Shown here: piece after piece, positions 10,581 through 26,715 of the stretch
Layout: every line of letters starts with the position of its first letter
How positions within the stretch are numbered: position 1 is the first letter of the stretch
Origin: the human T2T-CHM13v2.0 reference genome, Homo sapiens
Length of the DNA stretch: 64,000 nucleotides
Strand: one strand, 5' to 3'
NCBI RefSeq assembly: GCF_009914755.1
Contig: NC_060934.1
Made by a program: the position numbers and the translations under genes
Notes under the pieces: model-generated
What the model was told of the DNA's origin: nothing
Databases searched by the model: none
What the model saw: the letters and a program-made list of their open reading frames with translations, nothing else

Positions 10581-13500
10581 CCATATAGTTACCCAAAGAA
10601 GTCCCATCTGTGTCTCAAATTCCATTGCAATGGAGTGTTTCTAGAAATTGATAGGATGTAAGAACATTGGTACTTGTATACACAAAGAGCTAGAATTGAC
10701 ACATCTGATTTTGAAAATGAATAGTGTGAACATTTGAAGTCAGGGAACTTTACTTAGTGTCTCTCTGCATTTAAGCTTTCCTACTTAGGAAATAAAAAGA
10801 TCACCAGATGCTGGGTCTATGCAGGGCAGATATTTTGGAAAGATATTTTCTTAGTTATGCAATACCGTCTACAAATTCCAGCTTAAAAAAAATAGCTCTT
10901 CCATTCGCCATGTTAGGTAGGTATAAAACCATTGAAAACTCACAACACTCATTTTATAGACAAATGAAGGAAGGGTAAAGATTTTAAGTTGCTCTAAGCC
11001 ACAGAACCCCATTTTTAGCCATGGTACACTGTACCACATCATCCAACAGAGTTACTTACATGTATAAAAGTTTGGGCATTCTTTTACAATTTTGTAAAAA
11101 CAAATAAATATGCTGTAGAAAGAGGCAACCTCGCAGAATGGACTGCAAGTCAGAAATTTCAATTCTGTCTCTTGGTTTTCTCACCGATTTACTGTATGAT
11201 CTGGGAAAGGTCATCTACTTCACAGGTCTCAGCCTCATATCCACAAAGTAACTGGCCTCTGAAATATATTCTGACTGTAAATTTGTCTCTACTCTGGGAT
11301 TTAGTTTCTCACTGGGACAGCCCAATCCCCTTAAAAGACAGATTATCAAAGCATAACAATTACATGACCTATGATATTATTTTGCTAAGATTTTTCACAA
11401 AACCCCATCATCATCAGAGATAAGGTAACTCCTGGAGAGACATCACACTCTTTGCAGGTTTGGAATGCCCAGTTCCCATCCTTGCTCCATCCCAAACTGC
11501 AGGAGACACAAAGGGAGGAGGCAGGAAATTTCTGCAAAAACCCCATGAAGGGATAATAGACCACTCGTACTTCTGCTTAATGTTCTCCACAGGACACAGT
11601 CAAACAACGGGAATCAGTCACAGAAGTCATCACTTTGATTTGTTTCCTAAACTAATGTATTCTGCAAACCATAATTTCTCTTTTTAATTCCACAGAGCAT
11701 ACTATTTAATGTACATAAACAGTATACATTCAAAGACCCTAATGCACACATCACATTGTTGTGTTTCTACATCAGCATCTTCACGTGACCCTCCAGAAGT
11801 GTTGTTCAACTGCTTGTGGCAGACATAAGTTATATGGATGACAAATAGGAACAAGAAATTTTGGATGAATGAACAAATTAAGAAAGAAACAGATTAAGGG
11901 AAATAGAGCTGCAAATCAAAATGCTGAACACTCAAATAATATCTCTATCTTTTAAATGACAGTATTAGTATCATCGTTATTTTAGAACTAGGAGCGATCA
12001 CACATCATGGGAGTTAATGACTTGTGACAAGAAGGGAATTGCTCAGAAGTTATGTGAACTGACCCCAAACACAGGTTAGCTAGATATGACACTTAGAATG
12101 TACAATATGAGTGGTGGTCTATCAGGTTCTGTGTAATACACACTCTTTATTCTTGGTATTTGCATTCTTCTGAGAACATTTTTTGGGAAATGTCCCTAGG
12201 GACGAGAGTACCCATGACCCTATACATTAGGGGGAAATCTGCAGGTGACGATGCAGAGTGACGTTGCTAATAAAGGTATGTAAATGTAGGAAATATCAAC
12301 ATATCCCTAGTATCATTGATTTCTGTAATATGGCTTTTTACACAAAATCACATTACAGTCTTTTTCACAATAATCAAAGCTGAGAACTCAAAACCAAATG
12401 TGTGAGGTTTTCTGTTGAAGAGGTCACTATGAGTATCAATTTTCTTACTTGCTTGGGATATTTACCCGATTTTAAATATATAAGAAAAAAATGGAAATTG
12501 ATGATGTCAGCCATCCCTTATAGACACATCAACATGAACGAGCATCCACACGTGAAAATACTTTCACAAGGGCTTAATAATTCAGAAGAGAAATTACGGC
12601 ACTTGAGTGTAAAACAGAAATAAGAAAAAGTAGATTGAATATGGTAGGAGGGACAGTTTCACATTACCCATGTCATCTTTTTCCCAAACTAAAATGCAGA
12701 GAGAGGTACCATTCACATGGAAGGACGAGGATCAACTGAGTACCCAAATTCACCATGCACCAAAGTATCAGGCCTTCTCCATTGAATCCTGGCACCAGGC
12801 TAGGCCCCATGGCCCTAGGCTCCAGGCTTGGCCTCATGGCCTCGGGCACCAAGCCAGCACCTGCAGATTCAGGCTCCAGACTCTTTCACCCACTGACCCA
12901 GATACCAGATCAGCCCATGTGAGGACTCCAATGGCAAGTCTACCTGCAGACACTGGCAGCCAGCCTGTCCAAAATCCCTGGACAGGCTAGCTGGTATAAG
13001 GCTTTCTCTGCTGAAGCTGGGCTCTAACAACTGGAAGAGGTACCTACTTTTTCAAAAGTTCAGATACTTCTTCAAAATTACAAGGATCATGAATAATCAG
13101 GGATCCATGGTACCAGCAAAAAAAACAAAAACAAAAACAAAATAAAGCATCAGTAGCTGATCCTAAATAAATTAAGATCTATTAATGGTCTGACAAAGAA
13201 TTCAAAATAACCAACTTAAAGAAACTCAGTGAGCTATAAGAAAACAACTAAGCAAAATCAGGAAAACAATACATGAACAAAATTAGTACGTTAACAAGCA
13301 GATACCATAAAAAAGAACCAAAAAGAAATTCTGGAAACAGAGAATACAAAGACTGAGCTGAAAAATTCCATACAGAATTTCAACAGCAGACTCAATCAAG
13401 CAGAAAAAACAATTGGTGAGTTCAAAGACAATTCATTTGCAGTTGCCTGGTCAGGGAAACAAAAAGTAAAAAAGATGAAAAAAAAAACCAAGCCTATAAG

Positions 13501-13670
13501 TCTTGTGGAACATCATCAAGTGAGCCAGTATATACATAATGGGAATCCTACAAGGAGCAGAGGAAGAGAAAGGGAAATAAAGCTTATAGAAATAATGACA
13601 GAAAACTACTCAAACGTGGAGACGGAAACAAAAATCAGATCGATGAAACACAAAGAAAACCTTTTTACAT

Positions 13671-14033
13671 TGCTTTAGTCCATTTTCATACTGCTATGAA
13701 GAAATATCTAAGACTAGGTAATTTATAAGGAAAAAGGGTTTAAGGGACTCACAGTTCCATATGGCGGGGAAGGCCTCACAATCATGACAGAAGGCAAAGG
13801 AAAAGCAAAGTCACATCTTACATGGTGGCAGGCAAGAGAGCACGTGCAGGGGAACTGCCATTTATAAAACCAGCAGAACTTGTGAGACTTATACACTATT
13901 GTTAGAACAGCATGGGAAAAACCAGTCCCCATGATTCAATTACCTCCCACCAGGTCCCTCCCACAATACACGAGGTTTATGGAAGCTACAATTGAAGATG
14001 AGATTTGGGTGGGGATACAACCAAACCGTACCA
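13671..14033 (-). mobile_element. THE1 (THE1D-like) MaLR solo LTR
   Basis: tgctttagtccattttcatactgctatgaagaa...gagatttgggtggggatacaaccaaaccgtacca; TSD tacat/aacat. Confidence 0.92.
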
Positions 14034-14642
14034 AACATCAAATGTGAAAAGATCTTCACCAAGATGAATTATAATCAAGATCTCAAAAGTAAAAGACAAA
14101 TAATTTTTAAAACAGCAAGAGAAAAGTGGCTTTTCATATACAAGTGAACCATTATAAGACTATCAGCATATTTCTTAGCACAAATCTTGCAGGCCAGGAA
14201 AAAGTGGCATGATAAAGTGCTGAAAGATAAAACTGCCAGCCAAAGACACTATATCAAGAAATGCTGCCCTTCGGAAATAAAAAAGATAAAGACTATCCCA
14301 GAAAAACAAAAGCTAAGAGAGTTTATTACCACTACACCTGCCTTATGAAAATGCTAAAGGGAATTCTTCAAGTTGAAACAACAGGACACTAACAAACAAT
14401 GTGAAAATAAAACCCACTGTAAAAATAAGAATATAGTCAAATTCAGAATATTCTAATACTATAATTGTGGTGCACAAATCACTTTTAACTCTAGCAAAAA
14501 AAAGTCTGAAAAATAACTAGAGCTGCAGTAATTTGTTAATAAATACAAATTACAAAAAGATGTAAATTGAGACATTAATAATATAAAATGTGGAGGAAGA
14601 AGAAATTAAAGGTAGAATTTTTATGTAAATTTATCCTCTTAA

Positions 14643-14982
<340 letters not shown>

Positions 14983-15671
14983 AAAGTAGAATGTTATAAC
15001 TATAGACTGTTTTCTGTTAAATAAGCCTCATTATAACCACTAAGAAAAAGTCTCTAGTAGATACTCAAAAGAGAGAGAGAAAGGAATCAAAACACATCAC
15101 TACAAAAATAATCAAATCACAAAGGAAGCTGGCAAGAGAGAAAGAAAGAAACAAAGGAACTAAAAAATAGTCAGAAGAACAGTAAGTTCTAAGCTAGCAA
15201 TAATTACTTTAAACATAAGTTAATTATTCAATCAAAAGACATAAAATGGCTAAATGAATTTAAAAAAAACATAATTCAACTACATGCTACCTACAAGAGA
15301 CTCACTTTAGATTTAAAGGGCTACATAAGCTGAAAGATAAGGGACAAAAGAAAAGATACCCCATGCAAATGTTAACAAAAAGAAAGCAAAAGTAGCTGTA
15401 TGTATATCAGACAAAATAAAACAAGATAAAAAAAAAACAAGAGACAAGGAAGATAATTATATAATGATAAAATGACAATCCATCAAGAGGATATAATAAC
15501 TGTGAATACATATGCAGAGAGCACTGAAGCACCTAAATACATACATCAAATATTAACAGAACTGAAAGGACAAATAGACAACAATACAATAATAGTAGGG
15601 GACTTCAATACCCCACTTTCAACGATGTATGGATCATCCAGACAGAAAATGAATAAAGAAACAGCAGACTT

Positions 15672-16099
<428 letters not shown>

Positions 16100-16435
16100 C
16101 TAGGATAGATCATGTAGATCATATGTTAAGCCACAAAACTAGTCCTAACAAATTTAAAAAGAATGAAATTACAATAAGTATCCTTTTTCCAACCACAGGT
16201 ATATGAAACCAGAAATCAATAACAGAGGAAAATTGGAAAATTCAAAAACATGTATAAATTAAAAAACACACTTCTGAACAATCAGTAGGCCAAAGAATAA
16301 ATCAAAAAATAAATTTCAGAAGTCTTGAGACAAATAAAAATGGAAACACAACATTCCAAAACTTACGAGATACAGCAAAAAAAAATTCTAAGTAGAAAAT
16401 TTATAGTGAGAAAGCCTGTATTAAGAAAAAAGAGA

Positions 16436-16855
16436 CAACATAGAACACACAAAGGTATAAAACTTATAAGTCTTGTAAACAATTACACAAAAGGGGAAGA
16501 AAAAGAACTCAAATGTCAATACAACATAACTCCAAGAAGCCACAAAGAGAAAAAAGAAAAAAAGAATCCACAAAACAACTAGAAAACAACTGACATTATG
16601 ACAGGAATAAAACATCACGTATCAATATTTACCTTAAATGTAAATGAATTAAATGCTCTACTTGAAAGATATAAATGCTGGATGGGTTTTTTAAAACATG
16701 AACTAACTATATGTGCTCACAAGAAACTCACCCTACTGGTAAAGACACACAGACTGAAGGTAAAGGGTTAAATTTCATGGAAACGGAAACCAAAAGTGAG
16801 CAGGAGTACCTATACCTATATGAGATAAAACAAATATTAAATCAAAAATGGTAAA
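16436..16855 (+). mobile_element. Fragment of a second L1 (inter-ORF spacer plus ORF2 start) inside the host L1
   Basis: atgacaggaataaaacatcacgtatcaattttaccttaaatgtaaatg at 16598 matches the ORF2 N-terminus (MTG...TLNVN). The host L1 already has its own ORF2 start region near 15180. Confidence 0.75.
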
Positions 16856-17737
16856 TCTTGCATTTCTAAGGAGCATGAACTCTGATTTTGCCCATCCCAA
16901 GCAGCAAATTCACCCAACGTCAGGCCCAGCGTAGCCCTGACCGTCAATTGTGTTTCTATACATTGACAATAAACTATCTGAAAAAGAAATTAAGGATACA
17001 ACTCTGTGTAAAAGAATGCTAAAAACACGAATTTAACAAAGAGGTGAAAAATCTATACACTGAAAACTATAAAACATTGATGAAAGAAATTGAAGAAGAC
17101 AACAAATGAATGGAAAAATATCCCATGTTCATGGACTGGAAGAATTATCATTAAAATATCCATACTACCCAAAGCTATCTACAGATTTAATGCAATCCCT
17201 ATCAAAATTCCAATGGCTTTTTCATATAAAAAGAAAAAAAACAATTCTAAAGTTTATATGGAACCATAAAAGACCCTGAATAGACAAAGCAATCTTGAGC
17301 AAGAAGAATAAAGCTGGAGGCATCACATAATCTGATTTCAAATTATATTACAAAGCTATAATAATAAAAAGGGTAGAGTACTTTTATAAAAACAGACATA
17401 TAGACCAATGGAGATGAATAGAAAGCCTCCAAATGAATCCACACATTTATGGTTGACTGATCTTCTACAAAGTTGCCAAGAACACAAGAACACACAATAG
17501 GCAAAGAATAAATAGTGTTGATAAAACTGGATATCCACATGCAGAAGAATAAAACTTAATCTTTATCTCACTTTATATTCAAAATCCAACTCAATATGAA
17601 TTAAAGACTTCACTGTAAGACCTGAAACTAAACAGATAGCAGAAAACATAGGGGAAAGACTTCTTGACATTGGTTTGTAAATAAGCTTTTGGCTATAACC
17701 TCAAAAACCAAACAGGCAAAAATTGGCAAATTGAATT

Positions 17738-18147
17738 TGATATGGTTCAGATATTTTTTCACTCCAAATTTCATGTTGACATATAATCCTCAATGTTGGA
17801 GGTGAGGCCTACTGAGAGGTGTTTGGGCCATGGAAGCCGATCCCTCATGAATAGCTTGGTGCTGTACTCATGATAACAAGTGAGTTCAGGCTCTGAGTTC
17901 ACACAAGTTCTGGTGTTTTAAAGTGTGTGGCACCCCTCCCTTGTTACCACCCTCACCATGTGACATACCTGTTCCCCCTTGCTCTCTGCCATGATTGGAA
18001 GCTTTCTGAGGTCTCCCTAGAAACCGAGCAGATGTTAATGCCATGCTTGTACAGCCTACACAACCATGGGCCAATTAAACCACTTTTCCTTATAAATTAT
18101 GGAGCCTCAGGTATTTCTTTACAGCAAGGCAAAAACCACCTAATACA
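17738..18147 (+). mobile_element. MSTB-like MaLR solo LTR
   Basis: tgatatggttcagata...gatccctcatgaatagcttggtgc...gcctcaggtatttctttacagcaa...ctaataca. Confidence 0.9.
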
Positions 18148-18341
18148 GATTTGTATCAAACTAAAATCTTTCTGCACAGCCAAGGAAACAATCAATAGAA
18201 TGAAAAGTCAAACTATGGTATGGGAGAAGATATTTGTATACCATTTATCTAATAAGGGTTAATATTCAAATATATAAAATACTCAAACAACTCAATAGTG
18301 AAAAAACAAATAACGCAACCTAAAAATAGACAAAAGACCTG

Positions 18342-18617
18342 GGCCAGGCATGGTGGCTCACACCTGTAATCCCAGCACTTTGGGAGGCTGAGGTGGGCAG
18401 ATCATGAGGTCAGGGGTTCGAGACCAGCCTGACCAACATGGTGAAACCCCGTCTCTACTAAAAAAATAATAAAAAATAAAAAATAAAAAAATTAGCCAGA
18501 CATCGTGGCATGTGCCTGTAATCCCAGCTACTCAGGAGGCTAAGGCAGGAGAATTGCATGAACCCATGAGGTGGAGGGTGCAGTGAGCCAAGATTGCGGA
18601 GCGAGACTTCATCTCAA

Positions 18618-18646
<29 letters not shown>
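18342..18646 (+). mobile_element. AluSg-like with ~25-bp right-arm deletion and (AAT)n tail
   Basis: Alu dimer; gccaagattgcg joins directly to gagcgagact. Confidence 0.93.
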
Positions 18647-18649
<3 letters not shown>

Positions 18650-19434
18650 CTAATAGACATTTCTCCAAGGAAGACATACAAATGCAGGTAAAGGAAAAGA
18701 TGTTCAACATCACTAATCACTAGAGAAATACAAATCAAAACCATAAGATATTACCTCACGTGTTAGAACGGCTATTATCAACAGGACAAAAAATTACAAG
18801 TATTAGTAAAGATATAGAGTATCTTTGTACACTGTTATTTGGAATGTAAATTTGTACAGTAAGTATGGAAAACAGTGTAAAGTTCTGTCAAAAAAAAAAA
18901 AGATAAATAGAACTATCTATGATCCAGCAATCCCACTTTGAGGTATATATCCAAAGAAAATAAGTATGTCAAAGAAATATCTGCACTCCCATATTTACTA
19001 CAGCATTACTCACAATAGCCAAGACATGGCATATATCTGAGTGTCCTGTGATTTTCCTTTGGCCTAAAACAAAGTTCTTTCTATTGCAATGGGTGAATGG
19101 AAAAAAAAAATATGGTATATATACAATGCAATATTATTCTACCTTTAGAAAGAAGGAAATCCTGTCATTTGCTACAACATAGATTAAACAAAGTGGACAT
19201 TAAGTTAAATGAAAGACAAATACTGCATGATCTCACTTAGATGTGGACTCTAAAATAGTGAAACTCATAGAAGCAGAGTGTAGAATGGGGATTTCCAGGA
19301 ATGGGGATGGGGAAGTAGGGAAATGCTGGTCAAAGGGTACAGTGTTTCAGGGTACAGGGTACAAAGTTATGCAGGATAAATAGGTTTTGTAGATCTAATG
19401 TACAGCATGGCGACCATAGTTAATAATTCTGTGC

Positions 19435-20212
<778 letters not shown>

Positions 20213-20699
20213 AAAACATACTGTGCTGTATCCCTGAAATTTGCTAAGAAAGCAGATCCCAAATGTTCTCACCAGAAAAAAATACAGTAACTATGTGAGG
20301 TAATAGATACGTTAATTAGCTTTATTAGGATAATCATTTTATAATGTATATGTATATTAAAATGTCATGTTGTACACCTTACATATATACAATTTTACTT
20401 GTCAATTACGCCTTTTAAAAAGCTGGGAGAAGAAGACTAATTCACCTTAGGAATAAAAATCAAAAGAGAAACACATATTGTGAATGTTGTCATTGTTCTT
20501 CCTCACCATGAACATGTATTGGACCTTAGAATCCTCCCTGAATTCACATGCTTTAATGATCATTACTTTGTAGGTAATGGGTAGAAGGAAAGAATACATT
20601 TCATTGTCACAACCAGGTATGGGTATGGCAAATTCTTTCCCTGCCTTCCTATGGAACACAGTCATTTTCAACTCTGTTCAATAGCTAATGATCGTAACA

Positions 20700-20905
20700 G
20701 GATAGAATATTTATGTCAGGGAATGAGCTAAGCATTTGGCATATATTTACTAATTGACTCTTTAAAACACCTCCACAGAGTAGGTAATTTTTGTTTCCAC
20801 TTTACAGATGAAGAAACTGAGGCACAGAGGAGTTTTGGGTCTTCTTTGGGACCACAAGACTAGCAAGTGGCAGAGCTGGAGTCTGAACCCAGGCAGCCGG
20901 GCTCC
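20700..20905 (-). mobile_element. MIR SINE
   Basis: cacttttacagatgaagaaactgaggcacagagg...agtggcagagctggagtctgaacccaggc. Confidence 0.8.
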
Positions 20906-22349
20906 TGCCTCTGCACTTGGGTGCAGCACCCGATAGTGTTAACGTGCATGATGCTGGTGTTTTTCTTTTTAGCTTTCCCAGTGACTTACTGTTGTGTATC
21001 TTGGGCCTTTTTTATCCTTTCTAGTTTTTAAAGCAACCTTAGCTTGAAAGAATTCTCTTGGGGGGAAAAAACATGTTCTGAGTGAGAAAAGTATAGAGAA
21101 GGCTGTCGGAAATCTTAAGTCCACACACAAATCCCTTTGGACTATCAAAGTGGGTTTTTTCCTCAATCAACAGGCCTTTGATCACTCACCACCAGGCAAA
21201 ATTAAAACGCCAGAAAACCATGTGATATACAAACCATGTGACCAGGATTACATAACACAAGACTCTAGTATGTGGCCAAATTCATGTTAAGTTTTCCATA
21301 AGTATTTTGCAGTTTTGAGTTTGGAAAATCACACAAAATTGCTCTATGTCCTGAGTGCATTACTGACAATTCATTACTTAAATAACCAACTTCATTCCAG
21401 AGATTGAACTCCATCTAGGCTCTGCACTCTATATAATAACTTATCTTGATTTCATCTAACATACACGTCAGCATCACAGCTCAAAGAAACAGAGCTACAG
21501 GCAGAAAGGAAGAGGAATCTGAGAATCTGGAATTGACGCTTGGTAGCTAAAAATGGACAGACTAGTCATGGCAAAGGAAAGTCAGTCTTTCTGACTGTAC
21601 CAATGGGAGATTTATAATTTGTGTTACTTATGGCTCTCTGAGGGTCCTTGGAGAATGGGAATATTTATTTGCCAAATGCCTGTCACTGTCACAAATAGCT
21701 AGGTTCTTTGAAAAGTGTACTCTTTCTTGTTAGGCACATTAGAACAAGCATCCAACTCCCTAAGGACATTAGATCCAAGAATTGCAGCAATGCTAAATGC
21801 CCTTGTGAATGCTTAAGATGGAAACGAGAGAAAATAATGGAATGGAGATTTGGTGCTAGAATTATGTTTGAGCTAAAGCTTAACCCCAAATCTAACTCAG
21901 TATCCCTCACTGGGCCTAGCAACATAGTTGACATGAAATAGAGAATGATAGCTTCACCCAGAGGAAAGCTATTTCCTCAGATATACTAGTAACTAATGGA
22001 ATTGACTACAAAACTCATCCATTTATTTGTGAATCAGCATGCACCCCCACACACCCATTACACACACTTACGGACACTGAAACACGTTTTGTACTTTTAC
22101 TGTGAAGGGGGCTTTTTGATAATTTTTTATTTCATTGCTTAAAGTTCTGGGTGGGACCTGCTAAACTGATGCAATGACTCACTAATGAGTCATAACCCAT
22201 AATTTAGAAACCACTGGGAGCAAGAGAGAGAGTGGGAGAGGTGGGAGAGACAGCAGTTTATGCTGTGCAAAGTCAGATAAAGGATCATTGAGGACATGAG
22301 CTGTGTTTTGCAAAGTGGGGGATGTTCACAAGAAAGTCAAGAAGGGAAG

Positions 22350-22734
22350 TGTATTAGTCCATTCTCACATTGCTATAAAGAACTGCCTGAGACTAAGTAG
22401 ATTATATATTAAAAAAAAGAGGTTTAATTGACTCGAAGTTCCACAGGTTGTACCAGAGGCATGGCTAGGGAGGGCTCGTGAAAGTTACAATCATGGTGGA
22501 AGGGCAAAGGGGAAGCAAGCACATATCCACATGGCGGTGAGAGAGAGAGAGTGAAAGGAAAAGTGCTACACACTTCTAAACAACCAGATCTCATGAGAAC
22601 TCGCTATCACAGGGACAGCAAGGTGGAAATCTGCCTCCACAATCCAATCACCTCTCACCAGGTCCCTCCCTCCAACATTGGGAATTACAGTTCAACATGA
22701 GATTTGGGTGGAGACACAGAACCAAACCATATCA
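22350..22734 (-). mobile_element. MSTA MaLR solo LTR
   Basis: tgtattagtccattctcacattgctataaagaa...gagacacagaaccaaaccatatca. Confidence 0.92.
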
Positions 22735-23463
22735 GAAGGAACTTTTCAGACCAGGGGAGTAGCATGAGGAAAGGATGGAGACACTCTGGTGTCCCCAGAG
22801 CATGTGGAGTGTGAACAAAAAGGGAGTTGAGAGCAACAGAGATGAAGCTAGGGAGAGAGAACGGGACCAGCTGTGGAAAGTCTCTGTTCCATCAGTAATG
22901 AGTTTAAAAGGATCCTCTAAGGGTATGAGTCACAAAGTGATACTTTTTGTGCTTTAGAAAATCACTCAATTGGTTCATTTCTTGTATTCGTTAATTCACC
23001 GAGGATTTGTGAACACATACAATGAGCTTTGCCCAGCACAGCAGTGTGTGGAATGGACAAGAGAGGGACACACTTCGCGTTTATGGCAGTTACTTAATCC
23101 CAAGTCCTTAGGAGCCAAGCTAGAGAGCAGCAGGAGGAATGCATCCCAGTAATGCATTGGAGCTTGAATCAAGAACACTCTTTGTGATGGGGATATGGGA
23201 GGAGAGGCCTGAATGAGTCTGAAAGGAAGGACAGAGAGGAAGTTAACCATTGGGGGAGAAAAGGAGATGATATTGCAAAGGTGTGAAAGTGTGAAGGAGT
23301 CCGGCAGGTTAGGGAACAAAAGAAAAGTTTGGAGTGGCAGCACATGAAAGGAGGTTCAGAGTTGTGCTTGGAGAAGTGGGTTGACTTGGGGAGATTTGCT
23401 CAGGCCTCTGGACTCTGTTCTGGAGAACATGGAGGATATTGAAGCTGCAGGAGGGTGGGACAG

Positions 23464-23829
23464 TGATATGGTTTGGCTGTGTCCCCACCCAAATCTCATC
23501 TTAAATTGTAACTCCCACAATTCCCATGTGTTGTGGGAGGGACCTGGTAAGAGGTAACTGAATCATGGTGGCAGGTCTTTCCCTATGTTGTTCTTGTGAT
23601 AGTGAATAAGTCTCACAAGATCTGGTGGTTTTAATAAAATGGGAGGTTCCCTGCACAGGCTCTCTCTCTTTGTCTGCCACTATCCATATAAGACATGCCT
23701 TACTCCTCCTTGCCTTCTGCTGTGATTGTGAGGCCTCCCCAGACATGTAGAACTGTAAGTCCATTAAACCTCTTTTTCTTCCCAGCCTCAGGCATGTCTC
23801 TTTCAGCAGTATGACAAAAGACTAATACA
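23464..23829 (+). mobile_element. THE1 (B/C-like) MaLR solo LTR
   Basis: tgatatggtttggctgtgtccccacccaaatctcatctt...gactaataca. Confidence 0.93.
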
Positions 23830-24314
23830 GATGCACAGGGACAGCATCATTGGGTTCCTATTTCCAAATATAGAAAAATCAAAATAACTAAGAGTAGTGG
23901 ATAGGAAATGGAAGAAAATTACTAAGAAATTGACATATAGAAAACCAATATTTTAGATCTAAGAGGGTTTTTACTTACTGCATTGTTGTTGCTTAAGTTA
24001 TTACAGTGAGTGGCTTCATTGTGCCCCTCTTCCGGGCCCTGTGTTCCTCTAGAGTTGTTGCCAAAACCCACAGTCATGAAGCCAATTATGAAAAGCAGAG
24101 CCTGTTCATTTTGTTAGTAACTGAAATAGAAACAATTATTTACTAGTACATGTAACAGTCATTTTCAGCCACAAAAGATCATTTTAGCAAGTACATGTCT
24201 TTGGTTTACACCTCTCATTACAAGCTAGAGAAGCAATGAAGTTAAACGGAAATGGGTTAGTTTCTTAACAGTTGCTCCTCTTCTTGAAGGTAAAAGTATT
24301 TTTCAGACAGAGGC

Positions 24315-24692
24315 TGTATTAGTCCATTTTTACACTGCTATAAAGATACTACCTGAGACTGGGTAATCTATAAAGAAAAGAGGTTTAATTGACTCACAGT
24401 TCTGCATGACTGGGGTGGCCTCAGGAAGCCTACAATCATGGCAGAAGGGGAAGGGGAAGCAAAGCACATCTTACATGGAAGCAGGCAAGAGAGAGAGAAG
24501 GGGGATGTGCCAGACATTTATCAAACAACCAGATCTTCTGAGAACCCACTCACTATCATGAGAACAGCATGGAGGAAACCGCCCCCATGATTCAATTACC
24601 TCCCACCAGGTCCCTCCATCGATACGTGGGGATTACAATTTGGATTACAATTCAAAATGAGATTTGGATAGGGACACAGCCAAACCATATCA
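24315..24692 (-). mobile_element. THE1D/MSTA-like MaLR solo LTR
   Basis: tgtattagtcc...cacagccaaaccatatca; perfect 5-bp TSD gaggc. Confidence 0.93.
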
Positions 24693-25527
24693 GAGGCTAA
24701 AATTTTACCCTGCAGATTGGAGATGGAGCCAACCTAGATAAATGTTTAGCAGACCAGCCTCCATAGGGAAAAGATTTGCCACTCTCTATTCTGGGAAGAA
24801 GCACCAAACTCCATGGCTTTAGAACTGCAGCCCACCATGGGGTGAGGAGAGACCAAGAGGCCTACCAGGCTTTCCTGGAACTAGGAAAGTAAACCCCTTG
24901 CATCGATTGTCTTCTATCCCAGCTATGGAAGGTGCCCATTACAAATCACTGACCCAGAGAATCTGATGGATGCAGGGGGGGTTTAGATAGTATGCTGCCT
25001 GCTAGACAGTGGAAGCCCGGTTAAAGGAATAAATTCAACTTCAAAAATCTTTGGGGAGCACCGCTATGCACATCGGTGCAGAATATTTTCTTCCTCTTGA
25101 TGCATGAGAGAGCACATTGAGAAATTATGGACACAGGAGGAAAAAGAGCAAATGCCATGAGCCTCAGTCTCAATTCTGTCATTTACAAACAGTGACCACA
25201 GGCAATGTGCTTTGCCTCTGTGTGCCTCAGTTTACTCATCTGTGAACAGTTTGAGGTAAGAGTACCTCTAGCTTTTACATTCTGCAAGTATATGGCTGAC
25301 AATCTTGAAGCCAGAAAGGGAAATTCAAGCTGATAATGTGAGATTTTCTTCAGTGCATTCCTAGAAAGTAAGAGTCGAAAATGTTTTGCTTGGGAAAAGG
25401 AAGGAAATTGCTTTCTATCACTTAAGAAGACAATTGTAGATCAACATAGTTGTGTCTCACATGTTAACTGTTATGTGACTATGAAGAGAACATGTCTTCT
25501 AGTTGGTTGATAAGAAAACTGGACTTT

Positions 25528-25803
25528 GGCCTGGCACAGTGGCTCTGCTTGTAACCCCAGCACTTTGGGAGACCGAGGTAGGCATATCGCTTAGGGACAA
25601 AGGTTTGAGACCAGCCTGGCGAAACCCTGTCTGTACTAAAAATACAAAAAATTAGCTGGGCATTGTGGCACATGCCTGTTATCCTAGCTACTCGGGAGGC
25701 TAAGGCACAAGAATCGCTTGAACCCAGGAGGCTGTGGAGGATGCAATGAGCCAAGATTGCACCACTGCACTCCAGCCTGGGTGACAGAACAAGACACTGT
25801 CTC

Positions 25804-25830
<27 letters not shown>
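25528..25830 (+). mobile_element. Alu (AluJ/S-like)
   Basis: Alu dimer with A tail; TSD core ctggactt on both sides. Confidence 0.94.
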
Positions 25831-25836
<6 letters not shown>

Positions 25837-25939
25837 GACTTCAAAGCTCCAACGTAGTGATTTTCAGGAAGAAAAAAGTACTAAATATATAATCAGGATA
25901 AAACTCACCCTAAATAGCACCCGAAAGTGTGTTTGATTT

Positions 25940-26715
25940 CATTAGTCATTAGAGAAATGCAAATCAAAACTACAGTGCAGTACCACCACACAGCCGCTAG
26001 GATGGCTACTATTAAAAAAAAAAGCAACAAGTATTGACAAGGATGTGAAGAAATTGGAACCCTGTGCACCATTGATAGGAAAGTAAAATGGTGCAGCCTC
26101 TGTAGAAAACGCATGGCAGCTCCTCAAACAATTCAACATAGAATTAACATGTGATCCAACAATTATTCTTCTGGGAATATGCCCTGAAGAATTGAAAGCA
26201 GCATTTCAAAGAGATAGTTGTATACCCATGTTCATAGTAGCAGCATTCACAATAGCTAAACTGTAGAAGCAACCCAAGTGTCCATCAACAGATTAATGGA
26301 TTAGCAAAAATGATATGTATATAGAGTAGCATAGAATTTAGTCTGAGAAATGAATAACATTCTGACACGTGCTACAATACAGATGACCCCTGAGGACATT
26401 ATGCTAAGTGAAATGAGCCAATCACAAAAAGACAAATACTGTATAATTTCATGTATATGAGATACCAAGAATAGCAAGTTCATGGAGACAGAAAGTACAA
26501 CGGTGGATGTTAGGGGCTAAGGGAGGGAGAAAAGGGTGGTTGTTGTTTAATGGGTACAGAGTTTCAGTTTTTTAAGATGAGAAAGTTCTGGAGATGGATG
26601 GTGGTGATGGCTGCACACAATGTGAATGTACTTAATACCACCGAATGGTACACTTACAAATGGTTAAGACAGTAAATTTTATGTTATGCGTATTTTATTG
26701 CAGTTGTTTTAAAAG
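25940..26715 (+). mobile_element. L1MB3-like 3' end
   Basis: agagaaatgcaaatcaaaactaca...gttgtttaatgggtacagagtttcag...gttctggagatggatggtggtgatgg...aaatggttaaga. Confidence 0.88.
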
